The notes: generated by a model not told the origin, from the sequence alone. 64,000 nt of DNA from Negativicutes bacterium (GCA_963665275.2 CAXXIN010000006.1:1-64000); one strand, 5' to 3'. Counted from the stretch's first letter, positions 1-11,119 are shown. Numbers and translations: made by a program.

Positions 1-32
1 AGTAATAGAGTAATATAGAGTAATAAAGATCG

Positions 33-73
33 GTTTTCAACCCGTGGATTTCACTAACCCACGGGTTGAAAAC
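33..73. repeat. 15-bp perfect inverted repeat (hairpin; terminator or REP-like)
   Basis: GTTTTCAACCCGTGG (33-47) and CCACGGGTTGAAAAC (59-73) are exact reverse complements. Confidence 0.6.
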
Positions 74-131
74 AAATTAACCCAGTATGGATGTCCGGTA
101 TAAAAAAAACAGAGACGGAGGAGGGTCGACA

Positions 132-1310
132 ATGCATGAGGTGTGGATTGTTGGAGCAAAGCGGACACCCATCGGTGATTTACTCGGAAAATTAAAAGAT
201 GTCAGTGCAGTTGATCTGGGAGTGACGGCCGTAACCGCAGCCCTTGGGCAGGCCGGCGTTTCCCCCGCAGAGGTGCAGGAACTTGCCTGTGGTCAGATCT
301 ACAAGGCAGGCGCGAAGGGGAATCCCGGACGGCAAGTACAACTGAAATGCGGAATGCCTGTGGAAGGCTATGCCTGCACGATCGACCAACAGTGCGGCTC
401 AGGAATGAAAGCCTTTGAAATTGCCAGTCAGTCGATCATGCTGGGCAAAAGCGATGTGGCTGTCGCCGTCGGTATTGAAAGCATGAGCCAGGCGCCCTAT
501 TTATTGAAGGGAGCGCGTGAAGGCTATCGCATGGGGAACGGTGAGCTTCTGGACAGTATGCTGTATGACGGTCTGGTCTGTGCCATTATGGGCTATCACA
601 TGGGCAATACGGCCGAGAATCTGGCGCAAAAATACAACATTACCCGGCAGGAACAGGATGAATTGGCCCTGCTGAGTCATCAACGCGCCGTCAAAGCCAT
701 CCAGGGCGGTGTTTTTGATGCGGAAATCGTGCCGGTCACGATTGAATCCCGCAAAGGGCCCGTAATCGTCGACCGCGATGAGCATCCCCGCGCAGATGTC
801 ACCCTGGAAAAACTGTCCGCAATGAAGCCGGCCTTCAAAAAAGACGGCACGGTGACCGCAGGCAACGCCTCCGGTGTTAATGACGGTGCAGCTGCTCTCG
901 TGCTGGTATCCGCCGAAAAAGGCAAAGCCCTGGGGTTGAAACCGATGGCGAAACTGCGCTCGACAGCCAATTTTGGCGTACCGCCCGAAGTCATGGGCAT
1001 CGGGCCGGCCTATGCAGTACCCAAGGCTATTGCGTTGGCGGGGTTAACAGCTGCGGATATTGGCTACTACGAAATCAACGAGGCTTTTGCCGCGCAGTTT
1101 CTGGCGGTGAATCGCGAGCTGAAACTCAGTATGGATCAGGTGAATGGCAATGGCTCCGGAATTGGACTGGGTCATCCCGTGGGTTGTACGGCTGCCCGGA
1201 TCATTGTCTCCCTAATTTATGAGATGCAGCGGCGCGATGCTCGGTTTGGGCTTGCTTCACTATGTGTCGGAGGCGGTCCGGCCATAGGAACAGTCATAGA
1301 AAAAATGTAA
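132..1310 (+). CDS. Acetyl-CoA C-acetyltransferase (thiolase)
   Basis: Thiolase motifs QQCGSG, NEAFA, GHPVG, CVGGG; GGAGGAGG RBS before ATG 132. Confidence 0.95.
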   Translation: MHEVWIVGAKRTPIGDLLGKLKDVSAVDLGVTAVTAALGQAGVSPAEVQELACGQIYKAGAKGNPGRQVQLKCGMPVEGYACTIDQQCGSGMKAFEIASQSIMLGKSDVAVAVGIESMSQAPYLLKGAREGYRMGNGELLDSMLYDGLVCAIMGYHMGNTAENLAQKYNITRQEQDELALLSHQRAVKAIQGGVFDAEIVPVTIESRKGPVIVDRDEHPRADVTLEKLSAMKPAFKKDGTVTAGNASGVNDGAAALVLVSAEKGKALGLKPMAKLRSTANFGVPPEVMGIGPAYAVPKAIALAGLTAADIGYYEINEAFAAQFLAVNRELKLSMDQVNGNGSGIGLGHPVGCTAARIIVSLIYEMQRRDARFGLASLCVGGGPAIGTVIEKM

Positions 1311-1330
1311 AAATTAAGGGAGGGACTATC

Positions 1331-2089
1331 ATGCGAGGGTTGAAGGATAAGGTCGTGATTATCACTGGAGCAGCCGGCGGTATCGGCAAAGCAACGGCAC
1401 TGCGGTTTGCTGAAGAAGGCGCAAACATTGTCGTGGCCGATTTTGCCGATGGCTCGGGTACTGTTGCGGAAGTCTTGAAGACAAAGGACAAAAAGCGATT
1501 TATGTTCAGACGGATGTCACCAAGCATTGATAGCGCCGTAAAGCTCTAGTCCAGCCAAGGCAGTGGAGGCTTTTGGCCGCATGTAGACGTACTCATTAAC
1601 AACGCCGGCATCACCAAAGACGCCATGATGAAAAAAATGGCGAAAGATGCTTGGGATTCCGTCATATCCGTCAATTTGACCGGCGTATTTTTTTTCAACT
1701 GTACGTCGGCTGTGCTGCCGACGATGTTGGAGCAGAAGTTTGGTGTCGTATTGACGACTTCCTCCATTGTCGGCATTTACGGTAATATTGGGCAAACCAA
1801 CTATGCAGCAAGTAAATGGGGCGTAATCGGCATGACTAAGTCATGGGCCAAGGAAATGGCTAAAAACGGATTGCGCTTTAATTGTGTCGCTCCGGGTTTT
1901 ATTGGCACCGATATGGTCCGAAAAATTCCGGCCGATGTTCTGCAGGAGAAAGATCATCGTTAAAATTCCGGCAGGGCGTCTGGGCGAACCGGAAGAAGTT
2001 GCAGCCGCCTTTGCTTTCCTGGCTTCGGACGATGCCAAATTCATCAATGGAGCCGTGCTTAGCATGTCGATGGGGCGTGCACCATTTAA
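1331..2089 (+). CDS. SDR 3-oxoacyl-ACP / acetoacetyl-CoA reductase (FabG/PhaB-like), frameshifted in this sequence
   Basis: TGAAGGIG, NNAGITKD, YAASK and GRLGEPEEVA motifs spread over several frames; likely native end VDGACTI* at 2087-2089. Confidence 0.85.
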
Positions 2090-2257
2090 GCAACGAGCCA
2101 AGTTTAGGGTGCGGACTGAAGCGCAATTTTAGTGAATAGGCTCCGTGCATTAACGCGGAGTCTATCAGATTTGTGCTACAATATACAATGGGATGTCTAA
2201 TGCTATTGGACAATATGTCGTGCCAGGTCTGAGACGAGTAGGGGAGGGATTCAGTTG

Positions 2258-4382
2258 ATGCGTGTCCGCGATTTAATGAGTAAGAAGCTGATTCACATTA
2301 AATTCCAGTGCTGTCTCTTGGCTGATGCAGCCCGCATTTTTTTTGAAAACAATATTGACGGCGCTCCGGTGAGTTGATGACGATGGAACGCTGATCGGTC
2401 TTCTGACCAAAACTCATTTGATTGAGTGCGATTGCGCAGAAGCATGCCGATGTATCTTTGCCCGACCGGTTCGCGAGGTCATGACCTCTGAAGTTGTTCA
2501 GCCTTAAGGATACCATGCCGATCAAGGAACTGCAGAACAAACATAGCCTGATTTTTCAGCTACGGACGTTTCCCTGTGGTAAACTCGCCAACAACAAACC
2601 GATCGGATTCGTTACCAGAACCGATATGGTGCGTTATCTCTCGGAACAGTCTGCTTCGGTGGCGGAGGAATTCGAGGCTGTTCTCAATTCTGTAAGCAAT
2701 GGGGTCATGGCGATTAATTCAGTTGGAATCGTGACGATTTTCAATCCGGCAGCCCAGGCGATCACTGGCATGAAGGCGGACAATGTCGTAGGGCGGCCTG
2801 CCATCGACATGATGCCGAATGACACGGGACTGATGAGTGTGCTGGAAACCGGCACGACACAGATGAATCAAAAAACCATCTTTGGCAACTCGCAGATCAT
2901 CACCAAGCGCTCGCCGATCGTGAAGAATAACAAAATTGTTGGGGGCAGTGGCTATTTTTCAGGACGTTACCGAGTTGCGAAAAATGGCATCGGAACTTGA
3001 AGAAGTCAAAGATCTTAAGAGCACGCTGGATTCCATCGTGAACAGCAGTCTGGATTGTATCGTCGTGGTGGATAAAAACGGCTTCATAACGATGATGAAC
3101 GAAGCCTATGGTGAGTTTTTTGCAGACTGATCCCAAAAAGGCCTTGGGGAAACATATCACCGAAGTGATTGAGAATACCCGCATGCATATCGTCGCCCAG
3201 ACCGGCAAGGCGGAGCTCTGCGACATGCAGAAAATTGGGCAAGCACAACGCGGTGGTCACCAGGATACCGATTCTCAAGGATGGAGCAGTGACCGGCGCC
3301 GTCGGCAAAATGCTGTTCCGCGAGCGTGAAAGATTTGCGGGTGCTTGCCCGCAAACTGACATCCCTGCAGTCGGAACTGGAGTATTACAAAGAGGAACTG
3401 CAAAAGGTTCAAGGCGGCAAGTATACGATCGACAGCATCATCGGCTCCGGGGAAAAAATCCAATGGTTGAAGACACTTGCATTGCGTGCGGCCAAGGGGA
3501 ATTCGACGGTTCTGATCACCGGTGAAAGTGGCACAGGCAAGGAGCTTTTTGCGCAAGCCACCCATTATGCGAGCGGTCGCCGCCACGGACCCTTCATAAA
3601 AATAAACTGCGCGTCCATTCCGGAAAATCTGTTGGAGTCGGAGTTGTTCGGCTATGAAGAAGGCGCCTTTACCGGCGCCAGAAAAGGCGGCAAACCCGGG
3701 AAGTTTGAATTGGCCAACGGGGGTACCATTTTTCTTGACGAGATCGGCGATATGTCGATGCCGATGCAGGCGAAACTGCTCAGAGTACTGCAGGAGCGCG
3801 AGATCGAGCGCGTGGGCGGGACCAAGACCAGCCCAGTGGATGTGAGGGTAATTGCAGCGACCAATCAGGATCTCGAAGACATGATGAACCGTGGAACCTT
3901 TCGGCAGGATTTGTTTTACCGCCTGAATATCATCGCGTTGCACATCCCGCCCTTGCGGGAACGCCGCGAAGATTTGCCTGAACTGTGTGAGGCATTGCTG
4001 CGCAAGATCAATCGGAACTTGCAATTCGACGTGGAAGGCGTTTCCAAAGAAGCCTTGTTTCGCCTGATGGAGTACGATTGGCCCGGGAATGTGCGCGAAC
4101 TGGAAAACGTATTGGAGCGTTCTGTTAACTTGATGGATGATGTCGGGGAAATACAGACGGAGCATCTGCCGCCGACCATGAAGCGGGCAATCAATAAGGG
4201 CGAGACGATGAGTCAGGAAAAGAAACAGGAGCTTGCAGGAATAATGGAGGATGCAGAGAAACAAGCTATATATAAAGCATTGGAAGCTGCCGGTGGAAAC
4301 AGGAGTCAGGCGGCGAAGCTGCTGGGAATTCATCGTTCAGGATTTCTATCAGAAATTGACTAAATACCAGATTAAATTATAA
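2258..4382 (+). CDS. Sigma-54-dependent Fis-family transcriptional activator with N-terminal CBS and PAS domains (frameshifted)
   Basis: [12 protein letters not shown]-like start, PAS segments, [22 protein letters not shown] and C-terminal HTH across ORFs 2494-3000, 2936-3130, 3108-3329 and 3326-4363. Confidence 0.88.
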
Positions 4383-4397
4383 CCGGAGGGCAGCGAA

Positions 4398-4599
4398 ATG
4401 TGGACAGTTATTCATATTGCGGCAAACCGGGCGCAGGCCGACATGATGAAAGGTCTGCTCGAGAGTGAAGGGTTGATGGCCGAGGTTCGTCCGGCAGGAA
4501 TCTCCATGTTGGGAGACGGTTTGTTCGAAGTGATGACCCTCGAATCTGAGGGCGGAAGAGGCACGGGAAATTCTGTGCGAGACAGGAGGGTGCCAATGA
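4398..4599 (+). CDS. Small conserved hypothetical protein (DUF2007-like), one frameshift
   Basis: MWTVIHIAANRAQADMMKGLLESEG...; GGAGG RBS; likely stop TGA 4597-4599 overlaps the pyk ATG. Confidence 0.6.
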
Positions 4600-6355
4600 A
4601 AAAAGACGAAGATAGTCTGTACGGTAGGTCCGAGCACCGATAAGCCCGGTACATTGGAAGCGATGTTGAGTGCGGGCAAGGATGTTGCCCGGGTTCAATT
4701 TTTTCGCATGGAAACCATGAGGATCACGCCTTGCGCATGAAACAAGTCCGCGATGCGGCTGCTGCCGTTAATGCGCCTGTGGCCATTATGTTGGACACCA
4801 AAGGTCCTGAACTCCGTATGGGAACTTTTGTGGATAAGAAAGTCGTATTGCAGGCAGGAGCTCCTTTTACGATCACGACCCGGGATGTTCCGGGCACTGC
4901 GGAAATCGTTTCGGTCAATTACAAGGGTCTGCCGCAGGAAGTGAAGGCGGGGCAGGTCATTTTGCTGGCCGATGGGCTACTCAGCCTTCGTATCGAAAAG
5001 GTCGACGCGACAGATATCCTGACGATCGTAGAAAATTCGGGCGAGATCAGCAATTTCAAACGGGTGGCTGTGCCGGAAGTGCAGCTGGGATTGCCGTTTT
5101 TATCCGAGCAGGATATTCAGGACATTATATTCGGCATTGATCAGGGCATTGATTTCATCGCCGCCTCTTTCGTGCAAAAAACCGCCGATGTGCTGGGCGA
5201 TTCGCCGCGTTCTAGAATCCAAGGGTGCGGAGTGCCATATCATCGCCAAGATTGAAAACGCCGCCGGAGTCAAGAATATCGACGAGATCCTGAAAGTCGC
5301 CGATGGTGTCATGGTGGCGCGTGGCGATCTGGGCGTTGAGATACCGACCGAGGACGTGCCGATTGTCCAGAAAATGTTGATCCGGCGCTGTAATGAGGCT
5401 GGAAAACCTGTAATTACAGCAACCCAGATGCTGGAGTCTATGATGACGAATCCCCGTCCGACCCGGGCGGAAGCTACGGATGTGGCCAATGCGATCATGG
5501 ATGGGACGGACGCTATCATGCTCAGCGGCGAAACTGCCTCTGGAAAATATCCGGTGGAAGCGGTCACGATGATGGCTACTCTCGCCAAACGCACTGAAGC
5601 TGCGTTGAGTTTCAAGGACATGACCGTTGCGCGATCCGAGTCCTGTGCCTTGATCACGACGACTGACGCCATCAGTCATGCAACGGTACAGGTAGCGCAT
5701 GAACTGAATGCTGCCGCCATTGTAACGTCGACCGAGTCGGGTTATACCGCCAGGATGGTTTCCAAATACCGGCCGCAAGCGACTATCGTCGCCGTGACTC
5801 CCAAAGAAAAATATGTGCGGCGAATGTTGCTGTTATGGGGCGTAATGCCTGTGTTTGTTCCCCAGTCTTCCAATACGGATGAAATGATGTCCAACGCCAT
5901 CGAAGGCGCAATGCAATCCGGCTGGGTTAAAAACCGGAGACCTGGTCGTGATCACCGCCGGCGTTCCAGTGGGTATCACCGGAACGACCAATATGATCCG
6001 CGTGCACACCGTAGGGCAGATTCTGTTGCGTGGTGTCGGCATCGGACAGCAGAAAGCAACCGGTTCGGTCTGTATCGTGAGATCGATGGACGATATCATC
6101 AATAAGTTCAAACCGGGGCAAATCCTGGTTGTCGAGAGTCTGATGGATGAGATGGCGCCCTATGCAGCCAAAGCCTTGGCGATCATTGCCGAGGAAGGGG
6201 GTCTGACATCTCATGCAGCCATTATTGGGGTGAGCTACGGCCTCCCGGTTGTCGTCGGTGTTGAGGGAGCGATGGAAAGCCTGACTGATGATATGATGAT
6301 TACCGCTGATACGGAGCGCGGTCTGATCTACAAAGGGGAGATCCATGTCCGGTAA
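4596..6355 (+). CDS. pyk: Pyruvate kinase with C-terminal PEP-utiliser domain (frameshifted)
   Basis: [46 protein letters not shown] and GGLTSHAAI motifs in consecutive frames. Confidence 0.95.
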
Positions 6356-7553
6356 CGCAGTGGGCCTTCTGCGTCAGCAGATAGCCCGTGGCGAATTCGA
6401 AGAGGCGCTAAAGGCAGCTCCCCATATTGCTGAAGCAAAGGCGGCGACCTTCACGGACTCCGTCAGTCTTATCCAGCATTCGCTAAGTGCGCGCCAGTCC
6501 GAGCTGGCAGTGGCTTTGCTTGAAGGGAGCCGCCTCTTTTTTGTCACCGCCGATCCGACTGACGTGCATCAACTGGTCGAGGAAATGACAGCGGTGCTGG
6601 CATCCTGTTGGCGTGAAAAACTTGATGCGCCTGCGAGGAAGGCAGTGTCATTGGTTTTGGAATTGCTGGAGTCTCCGAACTGCCCGGCAGGAAAGCCTGA
6701 TCGTTCGACAGTCGCGCATTTCGCCGGCTGGGCCGGACGGTTTGCTCTGCGGCGAAATGACGAGGTCTGGTTTGGAGAAATTGCTTTGCAGACGGCAGCC
6801 TGGGCTGCACGGGATATGGATGGACAGGACGGCGAGTCTTTTTTGCCGGCTTTTGATTCCTGGCTGCACCGGATTTTGCGTCACGACCGCACAGAAGCGA
6901 TCCCGGTTCTGTTCGAAGCGATGTCCCTTCTATTCGCGGCAGAGACCGATAAAGCATCTTTTATGGCGGAGTTCCTGAAGGAATGGCGCGCTGTTGCTGC
7001 GACAGCCTGCCTCAATCCCGACAGCCCGGTGGCCTCCGAACTGGTCGAGCAATTACTGCTGTTTACGGTTCGAGCCGGCAGTGCGGAACTATGGTCGCCG
7101 GTCACGGAGAGAATCAGTGAGGTTGCGGCATTGACTGTGGCCAAACACGGCGTATCGGTTGGATTTCTAGTTTTTCGGCCGATGCTCGATGTTGGCCGGG
7201 TCAATCTCGGCGACGAATTGAAATTCGGGACGGGTCCGGATCCTGACAGCATGCGTCAACGGATTATTCGTCTTGTGTGTGCTGAGGCGATCTGGATTGC
7301 CGATATGGCGGCGCATTCGGATTTTTCCAAGGTTGCGGGTGATAAAATCGAAGAGATGTACCAAAGCTGGATCAAGGATCCACAGTACGAACCTCATATT
7401 CGCCCGATCCAGCGGTTTTGTCAGTTGCTGCTGATTTATTGGTCCAACAACAGAAAACGGGCCGCCAAACGATGGACGCCCCGTGAAAAATGCCTTTCGG
7501 AACCATTGCTGTTAACAGAAGAAGATCAGGCGAAATTGACTTTTTTACTCTGA
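6345..7553 (+). CDS. Hypothetical alpha-helical protein (402 aa)
   Basis: Long ORF with GGGGAG RBS, overlapping the pyk 3' end; no recognisable motif. Confidence 0.75.
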   Translation: MSGNAVGLLRQQIARGEFEEALKAAPHIAEAKAATFTDSVSLIQHSLSARQSELAVALLEGSRLFFVTADPTDVHQLVEEMTAVLASCWREKLDAPARKAVSLVLELLESPNCPAGKPDRSTVAHFAGWAGRFALRRNDEVWFGEIALQTAAWAARDMDGQDGESFLPAFDSWLHRILRHDRTEAIPVLFEAMSLLFAAETDKASFMAEFLKEWRAVAATACLNPDSPVASELVEQLLLFTVRAGSAELWSPVTERISEVAALTVAKHGVSVGFLVFRPMLDVGRVNLGDELKFGTGPDPDSMRQRIIRLVCAEAIWIADMAAHSDFSKVAGDKIEEMYQSWIKDPQYEPHIRPIQRFCQLLLIYWSNNRKRAAKRWTPREKCLSEPLLLTEEDQAKLTFLL

Positions 7554-8627
7554 ACGGAGCTTGCGCAGCGCCTCACCGGCGACTAGGGTGACGAGGAGAC
7601 TGGCGATTGCCGTGGCCACATAGAACAGTATCGTGACCGGAATCGTCATCACCCACCCGAGCGCAGACAAGGCTTCATGAAAGTAGTACATTAGCAGGGG
7701 ATGAATCCAGAAAACACCGTAGGAATGTCGTCCAAAGATTTTGAGGCAGCTTTGCAGCGCTGGGTGGAAGGGTTCCTCCAACCGCTGCATCAGGTACAGG
7801 CAGGCTGCGAGGGTGTAAAACAGACCGGCGGGGCTGAGCTGGTGAACGGTGTTGACGGCCTGCTCCAGCGCGTAATGGCGGGAAAACAGCAGGAAATAGT
7901 AATGGATGAGCATTGCACATAGCGACAACAGGAAAAACAACCAAACTTGCCGGCGATATCGGCGCAGCAGCGACATGACCGGATCGTACCGGACAGCGAA
8001 CACGCCGCCCAAGAGGAACAGGAACAGGTAATGCAACAGCCACCAACTCATGCGGTATTGGATTCCCAGGTTGAAGTAAAAGTTCGCGAAGGTTGGCCGC
8101 AAAATATAGCTGGAATAGTAATTGAACAGCAATTGGGCTCCGAACAGCAGCCCCAGCCAAAGTATGGGCCGTTTCAGGATGAGACGGACCCACTCCCGCC
8201 AAAGCGGCATAAACAGATAGAACCATAGTAACAGGACCAGAAAATAGAGCTGGTAGGAGGCCATCCCGAAAAAGAAAAACTGGTAGATGAGGATGGGAAA
8301 CCAGATGCTCCAGTCGCTGGTCAGATAAGAATAGTGAAGCATGTACAGGATGGAGCCGACGATATAGGGGAAGAGCACGCGGGTAAATCTGCGCTGGTAG
8401 AATCGCCCGGCGTCAAAAGGGAGGTCCATTGGATACTGTCGGAACAGCGAAAAGGCCGATACGAAGAAGAAAATCGGCACACTGAAACGGCTGATAATCT
8501 CCAGCAGGGCAAACAGATGCGGATTGGCGCCCGGATTCGACAGCAGCACGGCGCCTGTATGGATGCCGATAACGCCCAGCATGGCGAGGCCGCGGATATA
8601 TTCGATGGATTCAATTCTGTTTTTCAT
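7545..8627 (-). CDS. Membrane acyltransferase family 3 (OafA/IcaC-like)
   Basis: RIESIEYIRGLAMLGVIGIH, FSVPIFFFVSAF, SYGVFWIH; many transmembrane segments. Confidence 0.88.
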   Translation of the reverse strand: MKNRIESIEYIRGLAMLGVIGIHTGAVLLSNPGANPHLFALLEIISRFSVPIFFFVSAFSLFRQYPMDLPFDAGRFYQRRFTRVLFPYIVGSILYMLHYSYLTSDWSIWFPILIYQFFFFGMASYQLYFLVLLLWFYLFMPLWREWVRLILKRPILWLGLLFGAQLLFNYYSSYILRPTFANFYFNLGIQYRMSWWLLHYLFLFLLGGVFAVRYDPVMSLLRRYRRQVWLFFLLSLCAMLIHYYFLLFSRHYALEQAVNTVHQLSPAGLFYTLAACLYLMQRLEEPFHPALQSCLKIFGRHSYGVFWIHPLLMYYFHEALSALGWVMTIPVTILFYVATAIASLLVTLVAGEALRKLRSE

Positions 8628-8681
8628 AGGATCCTTTCCAGGTTGACACCCTGCAATTATAATCACTGAGGAGGGAAAAGC

Positions 8682-9161
8682 ATGACAGATATTCAAACCG
8701 GAACCAAAGCGCCGGATTTCACTTTGCCGGGAACCGGAGGCACAACGAGCCTATCGGATTTTCTGGGGAAGAAAAAGGTGGTTTTGTACTTTTATCCCAA
8801 AGACAATACCCCTGGTTGAACGGATGAAGCTCGCGAGTTTCGCGAGATCTACACTGAACTGGCGTCCCTAGATACCGAAGTTCTGGGGGTCAGCCGCGAC
8901 GATCTGAAATCACATGAAAAATTCATTTCCAAACTGGAAGGCTTGCCCTTTCCGTTGTTGTCAGATACTGAAAGCAAAGTTTGCACCGCCTATGATGTGA
9001 TCAAGGACAAGAACATGTACGGCAAGCTGGTCAAAGGGATTGAACGATCTACTTTTTTGATTGATGAGTCAGGAATCGTCACCGCACTGTGGCGCAAGGT
9101 CAAAGTGACCGGACACGCCCGGGAAGTACTCGCGGAAGTGAGAAAACTAGCTCACGCGTGA
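8682..9161 (+). CDS. bcp: Bcp/PrxQ peroxiredoxin, probable selenoprotein (in-frame TGA 8817-8819 at the peroxidatic position)
   Basis: [16 protein letters not shown]...[22 protein letters not shown]...[10 protein letters not shown] in one frame; GAGGAGGG RBS; hairpin just after the TGA. Confidence 0.88.
8830..8846 (+). promoter_or_regulatory. Putative bacterial SECIS element
   Basis: CTCGCGA-GTT-TCGCGAG stem-loop starts about 11 nt after the TGA; apical loop begins with GU. Confidence 0.6.
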
Positions 9162-9211
9162 ATGGTACTATCATAAACTATTTTTGGTGTGAAGTGAAGG
9201 AGGACATTTGA

Positions 9212-10069
9212 GTGGGAGCCTTAGGTTTTATTGATGGACGGATCGTGGATCTGAAGGAACTGGTCATTGCGATGGAAGATCGCGGGTATCAATTTGGGGA
9301 CGGCGTGTATGAGTACACCAAAATCTATAACGGGAAGCTTTTCTCATTGAAACCCCATATCGACCGACTCTATCGGTCTCTGCGCGAGCTGCGGATTCCG
9401 GCGGTATTCACTTTTGATGAGATGGCGGGAATTCACGAACGCCTGATCGCTGAGAGCGGCATCACCAGCGGCGGCATATACTTGCAGATCACCCGGGGTT
9501 GGGCGCCTCGGGCCCATAATTTTCCCGATGCGATCGTTCCCTGTCTAACGATGACCATCCGTCCCAGCAACTTCAATGCCGCGCAATGGGATACAGGCGT
9601 CGGAGTCATGGCGGTTCCCGACGAACGCTGGCTGCGCTGCGACATCAAATCGCTGAACTTGCTGGCGAATGTATTGGCTAAGCAAAAGGCGAAAGAAGCC
9701 GGCTGTTATGAGGCGCTCCAGATCCGTGACAAGATGGTGACCGAGGGAAGCAGCAGCAACTTTTTCATCGTGAAGGACGAAGTTCTCTGGACTTATCCGG
9801 CTAGTCATCTAATCCTGAAAGGTGTGACCCGGACCCGGCTCGTGGAAGAAGTCCTGCCTCTGCATGGATTGTCTGTCCTCGAAAAAGCGTTCCCGCTGGA
9901 ATTTGCGCTTGGCGCCGATGAAGCGTTCCTCAGTGGTACAACGACGGAGATCATGCCGATTGTTTCGATTGATGGCAAACCGGTGGGCGGCGGTAAGGTC
10001 GGCCCGATTACCCGGAAGATCCAAAAAACGTATAAAGAAATGATCGCCAAGGAGTGCGGACTGGCGTAA
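9212..10069 (+). CDS. dat: D-amino-acid transaminase (class IV PLP)
   Basis: EDRGYQFGDGVYE, RWLRCDIKSLNLL, EGSSSN, ILKGVTR. Confidence 0.9.
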   Translation: MGALGFIDGRIVDLKELVIAMEDRGYQFGDGVYEYTKIYNGKLFSLKPHIDRLYRSLRELRIPAVFTFDEMAGIHERLIAESGITSGGIYLQITRGWAPRAHNFPDAIVPCLTMTIRPSNFNAAQWDTGVGVMAVPDERWLRCDIKSLNLLANVLAKQKAKEAGCYEALQIRDKMVTEGSSSNFFIVKDEVLWTYPASHLILKGVTRTRLVEEVLPLHGLSVLEKAFPLEFALGADEAFLSGTTTEIMPIVSIDGKPVGGGKVGPITRKIQKTYKEMIAKECGLA

Positions 10070-10108
10070 TGGCCTTAGAGAAAATACGGAAACGGAGGAG
10101 GTAGCAGC

Positions 10109-10654
10109 TTGGCTGACAATCATCTCAGGAAGCTTTCCCGGTCAGCCTTGTTGCTGGCTTTGACGCTTGTGTTTCAGTCGTTGCGGTTTGTGGTTCCCGT
10201 ACCGCCGATCGCATCGACCTTTTTAATAGGTTCGCTGGTGAATGCCAGTTTGCTGGTGGCCTTGCAAACTGTGGGCCTCAGCCCGGCCTTGCTGATCGCC
10301 TGCGTGACTCCCATTGTTGCCTATCTCCAACAACTGTTGCCGCTGCCGGTCTTTATCGTTCCGGTAGCGATCGGCAACTGCCTGTTCGTGTGGCTGTTTT
10401 TTAAACTGCTGCGGATCGGCCCGGTTTGGCCGGCTATTGGCGGGGCAGCTCTCGGCAAGGCGGCATTTTTTTATCTGGCCTTTTCCTGGATTTTGACTTT
10501 TATTAAACTGCCGCCAGCCATAACGACCGGTTTGCTGTTCGTGATGGGCTGGCCGCAATTGGTCACGGGTATATTCGGCGGAGTTCTGGCATGGTGGATC
10601 GGCAAAAAACTGCAGCCGATTCTGGGAAATGACTCGAAAAAAACAAAAAGATAA
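10109..10654 (+). CDS. ECF transporter S component
   Basis: Hydrophobic 181-aa ORF with ALLLAL, IGSLVNA and WPQLVT patterns; TTG start after GGAGGAGG. Confidence 0.75.
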   Translation: MADNHLRKLSRSALLLALTLVFQSLRFVVPVPPIASTFLIGSLVNASLLVALQTVGLSPALLIACVTPIVAYLQQLLPLPVFIVPVAIGNCLFVWLFFKLLRIGPVWPAIGGAALGKAAFFYLAFSWILTFIKLPPAITTGLLFVMGWPQLVTGIFGGVLAWWIGKKLQPILGNDSKKTKR

Positions 10655-10660
10655 GGGGAA

Positions 10661-11119
10661 ATGCTGACGATGATTCAGACGGAGAAAGAAAAAGCCTTGT
10701 ACGAAGCGGCAAGCCGCAACTACAAGGCCGGGTATAATTGTGCGGAATCCGTATTCCGGGCTTTTTGTGAAGTGCTGCCGCTCGACGTGACAGCAGATGC
10801 TAAGAGAACAGCTGCTGGTTTTGGCGGCGGGATTTATTCCAAGGAGGGTCCGTGTGGCGCAGCTACCGGCGGGGTCATGGTGTTGGGGATTTTGGCGGGT
10901 CGAACGGATCCGACCCAAGACAAAAAACCGATGAAAGAGCTTGCCAGGGATTACATTGCGCAGTTCACGGAAAAATTCGGCGCGCTCAGTTGCGGTTGCC
11001 TGAACAAGTACGAACCGAACACGCCGGAGCAAAAGGAAAACTGCCACGCCATTACGGCGGAAGCTGCGGCTCTATTGATGCGGTTTATTGAAGACCGGGG
11101 CCTTCATAACGGCATTTGA
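10661..11119 (+). CDS. C_GCAxxG_C_C family putative redox protein
   Basis: GYNCAESV, GFGGG, CGAATGG, FGALSC, C-terminal Cys. Confidence 0.88.
   Translation: MLTMIQTEKEKALYEAASRNYKAGYNCAESVFRAFCEVLPLDVTADAKRTAAGFGGGIYSKEGPCGAATGGVMVLGILAGRTDPTQDKKPMKELARDYIAQFTEKFGALSCGCLNKYEPNTPEQKENCHAITAEAAALLMRFIEDRGLHNGI

Noticed and set aside
1-28. Short tandem AGTAATA(T)AG repeats at the window start
   Set aside because: Three imperfect units with no spacers; not a CRISPR array and too short to interpret.
3275-4333. Long antisense ORFs (e.g. 3275-4333, 10223-11047, 17650-18498, 49635-50636)
   Set aside because: They lie opposite well-supported genes and reflect codon bias, not independent genes.
1331-6000. 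Many frameshifts in fabG-like, sigma-54 activator and pyk genes (programmed frameshifting or pseudogenisation?)
   Set aside because: The indels cluster in one region, often at homopolymers, and hit a core gene; low-coverage long-read error is the simplest explanation.
8643-8663. Perfect TTGACA and TATAAT hexamers upstream of bcp
   Set aside because: The spacer is only 9 bp, so they cannot form one canonical sigma-70 promoter.
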